Assembly: GCA_965200245.1 (NCBI GenBank)
Contig: CBDATS010000015.1
Span: 256,001 to 320,000, forward strand
From: a bacterium
GTDB taxonomy: Bacteria > UBA8248
DNA length: 64,000 bases
Direction: 5' to 3'
Of the stretch, positions 61,277 through 64,000 are shown one piece after another. Position 1 is the stretch's first letter. Each line of letters begins with the position of its first letter. The position numbers were made by a program, and so were the translations under genes. Below the pieces are notes generated by a model, which was not told the origin of the DNA, did not search any database, and saw only the letters and a program-made list of their open reading frames with translations.

Positions 61277-62281
61277 ATGATGAAACCACTGAAAGCATCG
61301 AAACGCACTATTCCGTTCCTCACCCTTGCGCTGAGTCTGTTTGTCGTCGTTGCGCTGGGGACCACACAGGCTCTTGCTGCATGGAAGCCGACGCGGCCGA
61401 TCGAGTTCGTCATCATGGCGGGTAAGGGAGGCGGCGCGGACCGTATCGCCCGTCTCATGCAGAAAATTGTCACACAGAACAAATGGTCGCCACAGCCCTT
61501 GGTACCAATCAACAAAAAAGGCGGATCCGGCGCCGAGGCGATGCTCCATTTGCTCTCGAAAAAAGACAATCCTCACGTCATTCTGGTGACGCTGAACAGC
61601 TTCTTCACCACCCCTGCCCTGCGCAAACTGCCAGTGAACTACACCAAGCTCACGCCGGTATACCGCCTGGCCATGGACACGTTCCTGCTGTGGGTCAACA
61701 CGAAATCGGGAATCAAGAACATGGATGATTTCGTGAAGGCCGTGAAAGCCAAGAAAGGGAAATGGACCATGGGCGGCACGGGCAAAATGCAGGAGGATCA
61801 ACTCGTCACCAACATGCTCATGCAGTCTTACGGCCTGAAAGGCATGATTACCTACGTGCCCTTCCGAGGTGGCGGCACCGTGGCGAAAAACCTTGCGGGC
61901 GGACACGTCGACTCGACGGTGAACAACCCATCCGAAGGTCTGCCGCACTATCCCGGCAAGATGAAGCCGATCGCCGCGTTGACGCCCGAACGCATTCCTG
62001 CGTTCAAGGATGTCCCCACGTTCAAGGAACTGGGCAAGCCGGAACTCGTGTACTTCATGCAACGCAGCATCAACGCAGCTGGCGGCATCTCCAAGGACGC
62101 CTTGAAGTGGTACACCGATTTGTTCAATAAATTGTGCAATTCCAAAGAATGGAAAGACTATACGTCGAAGAAAGCGCTGAACCGCGCTTGCCTGAGTGGC
62201 GCTCCTCTGGGTAAGTTCTTCGCCGATGAGGACAAGAAACACAAGAAGCTGCTCATGGGTATGGGATTGCTGAAAAATTAG
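61277..62281 (+). CDS. tctC: Tripartite tricarboxylate transporter substrate-binding protein
   Basis: Signal peptide; WKPTRPIEFV, GGGAD..AR, NKKGGSG, YVPFRGGG, VPTFKELG. Confidence 0.9.
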   Translation: MMKPLKASKRTIPFLTLALSLFVVVALGTTQALAAWKPTRPIEFVIMAGKGGGADRIARLMQKIVTQNKWSPQPLVPINKKGGSGAEAMLHLLSKKDNPHVILVTLNSFFTTPALRKLPVNYTKLTPVYRLAMDTFLLWVNTKSGIKNMDDFVKAVKAKKGKWTMGGTGKMQEDQLVTNMLMQSYGLKGMITYVPFRGGGTVAKNLAGGHVDSTVNNPSEGLPHYPGKMKPIAALTPERIPAFKDVPTFKELGKPELVYFMQRSINAAGGISKDALKWYTDLFNKLCNSKEWKDYTSKKALNRACLSGAPLGKFFADEDKKHKKLLMGMGLLKN

Positions 62282-62297
62282 TCTGGAGAAGATGTAG

Positions 62298-62789
62298 ATG
62301 CAACGGGCGGATAGAATCGTCGCCATCGGGTTGATTTTCGTCAGCCTCGGCGTCGCCTGGAAAGCTACAGAACTACCCATTGGCATACTTCCCAAAGAAG
62401 GGCCAGGAGGGGGTTTCCTCCCCTTCTGGCTCTCGTTGGGGATAGCCGTCGTATCCTTGCTGGTATTGCTGCAGTCGCTGTTTCGCTCTCGGCGAAACGA
62501 AACCTCCATGGTTGATTCAGGAGTGTTCGTACGCAGGGAGGGATTGGGTGACCTGATGCGCGTCGGCTTGCCCGGGATGATCATGATTCTCTTGACCGGC
62601 GTTATTTCGGTGTACATTTCTGCCGCTCTTTTCATCTTTTATTGCCTGTTCATTATTGGGGGGCACAACATGAGGACAAGTCTCAGTGTATCGGTGGGTG
62701 TCCCTGTCGTGGTGTATTACATTTTCGAAAAGTTTTTGATTATCCCCTTGCCGAAAGGGTATGTGGAATTCCTGTTTTACTGGAACTGA
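62298..62789 (+). CDS. tctB: TctB small membrane subunit
   Basis: GPGGGFLPFW, four TM helices, FEKFLIIPLPKG. Confidence 0.88.
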   Translation: MQRADRIVAIGLIFVSLGVAWKATELPIGILPKEGPGGGFLPFWLSLGIAVVSLLVLLQSLFRSRRNETSMVDSGVFVRREGLGDLMRVGLPGMIMILLTGVISVYISAALFIFYCLFIIGGHNMRTSLSVSVGVPVVVYYIFEKFLIIPLPKGYVEFLFYWN

Positions 62790-62869
62790 TTATTACATCT
62801 TGTCCTTTGCCCATTGTGCAGTAAGTCTCTGTAATCTCGGGGTAAGGTTTGTCCTAAGGACCGAAAAAA

Positions 62870-64000
62870 TTGGAAATTCTCGGTAATCTGTTCTACGGGC
62901 TGGGCATTGCGCTCTCACCGGAAAATCTCTTGATGGCATTGTTTGGCGTCGTTCTGGGCGTCGCCATCGGCGCAATGCCCGGGCTGGGTTCGGTGAACGG
63001 GGTCGCCATCCTCCTGCCCATCACGTTTGCGGTTCCGCCGACCAGCGCCATCATCTTCCTGGCTGCCATCTACTACGGCGCGATGTACGGCGGTGCCATC
63101 AGTTCGATCACGCTGAACATCCCTGGAGCTTCCACGGCCGTCGCGACCACTTTCGACGGCTATCCGCTGGCGAGAAAGGGGAAAGCCGCGGATGCCCTTG
63201 TGACGGCTGCGGTGGCCAGTTTCATCGGCGGGACTTTATCCATCGTCCTCTTTACATTCTTCGCCCCGCCCTTGGCCGAATTCGCCTTGCGCTTCGGCCC
63301 GCCCGAAGAATTCGCCGTCGTTCTGCTGGCCTACGCCACCTTCGCGGGTCTGGGCGGGGAAAGCCCCCTCAAAACACTCGTCGCCACCATGCTGGGCCTG
63401 CTCATGTCCACCGTTGGAACCGACATAGTGAGTGGCTCGCCACGTCTGATATTCGGGGGTATCACGGGCTTCTACCACGGCATCAATTTTATCGTGCTCG
63501 CCATTGGCATCTACGGCGTCGGGGAAATTTTCTACACCCTCGAAGAAGGATTGAAGACGAAAGAGAGATACCAGGCGAAACTCGGCGTCCACGAGATTGT
63601 CTCGACTCTCAAGAGCCTCAGGAAATGCACCGCCACCATCATGAGAGGCTCTCTGCTCGGGTTTTTCGTCGGCATGCTGCCCGCCGCAGGCGCCACGCCT
63701 GCGAGTTTCATGAGTTACAGCATCGCGAAGCGGTTTTCGAAAAAACCGGAAGAATTCGGCAAGGGAACCATCGAGGGAGTCGCCGCACCCGAGTGTGCCA
63801 ACAATGCGGCGAGTACGGGCTCCATGCTACCCATGCTGACGCTGGGAATTCCCGGTTCCCCGACCACGGCGGTAATGCTCGGTGCCCTTTTCGTGTGGGG
63901 ACTCGTGCCGGGGCCCCGACTGTTCGTCGAAAACGCGGAATTCGTCTGGGGTCTTACGGGGAGCCTCTACATCGCGAACACCCTATCGGTCATCGTCGCT
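62870..64000 (+). CDS. tctA: TctA large membrane subunit, truncated by the window end
   Basis: TTG start; GAMPGLG, YYGAMYGG, NIPG, FDGYP, APECANNA, LTLGIPGS. Confidence 0.92.
   Translation, partial: MEILGNLFYGLGIALSPENLLMALFGVVLGVAIGAMPGLGSVNGVAILLPITFAVPPTSAIIFLAAIYYGAMYGGAISSITLNIPGASTAVATTFDGYPLARKGKAADALVTAAVASFIGGTLSIVLFTFFAPPLAEFALRFGPPEEFAVVLLAYATFAGLGGESPLKTLVATMLGLLMSTVGTDIVSGSPRLIFGGITGFYHGINFIVLAIGIYGVGEIFYTLEEGLKTKERYQAKLGVHEIVSTLKSLRKCTATIMRGSLLGFFVGMLPAAGATPASFMSYSIAKRFSKKPEEFGKGTIEGVAAPECANNAASTGSMLPMLTLGIPGSPTTAVMLGALFVWGLVPGPRLFVENAEFVWGLTGSLYIANTLSVIVA

Overview
A 64 kb, gene-dense chromosomal segment from a Gram-negative bacterium. Gene style and synteny suggest a Nitrospinota/deltaproteobacteria-like lineage (inference only). 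Housekeeping genes (bioB, apt, pcm, secA, lgt, moeA/mobA, a DegP-type protease, rtcB, three tRNAs) are interleaved with catabolic enzymes of unknown substrate and three transport systems (GldAFG-like ABC, Fe3+ ABC, Tct). Features the ORF track misses or splits: (i) a secreted DUF3179-type selenoprotein (53972-55057, minus strand) with an in-frame UGA in a UPLC motif, a SECIS-like hairpin 11 nt downstream, and an internal repeat carrying Cys at the matching position; (ii) an atypical DtxR-family regulator with an altered metal site, a 4-Cys C-terminal tail and a DtxR-type palindrome in its own promoter, upstream of an Fe3+ ABC operon; (iii) an orphan NHLP-leader RiPP precursor with core APWYNDGWPE; (iv) a multiply frameshifted surE pseudogene; (v) a cyclase-family gene with an in-frame TAG at codon 10; (vi) a mycothiol-type formaldehyde dehydrogenase homolog divergent from an M24-fold protein lacking most metal ligands. 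No CRISPR array, integrase or transposase was seen. All family assignments are from motif recognition, not database searches.
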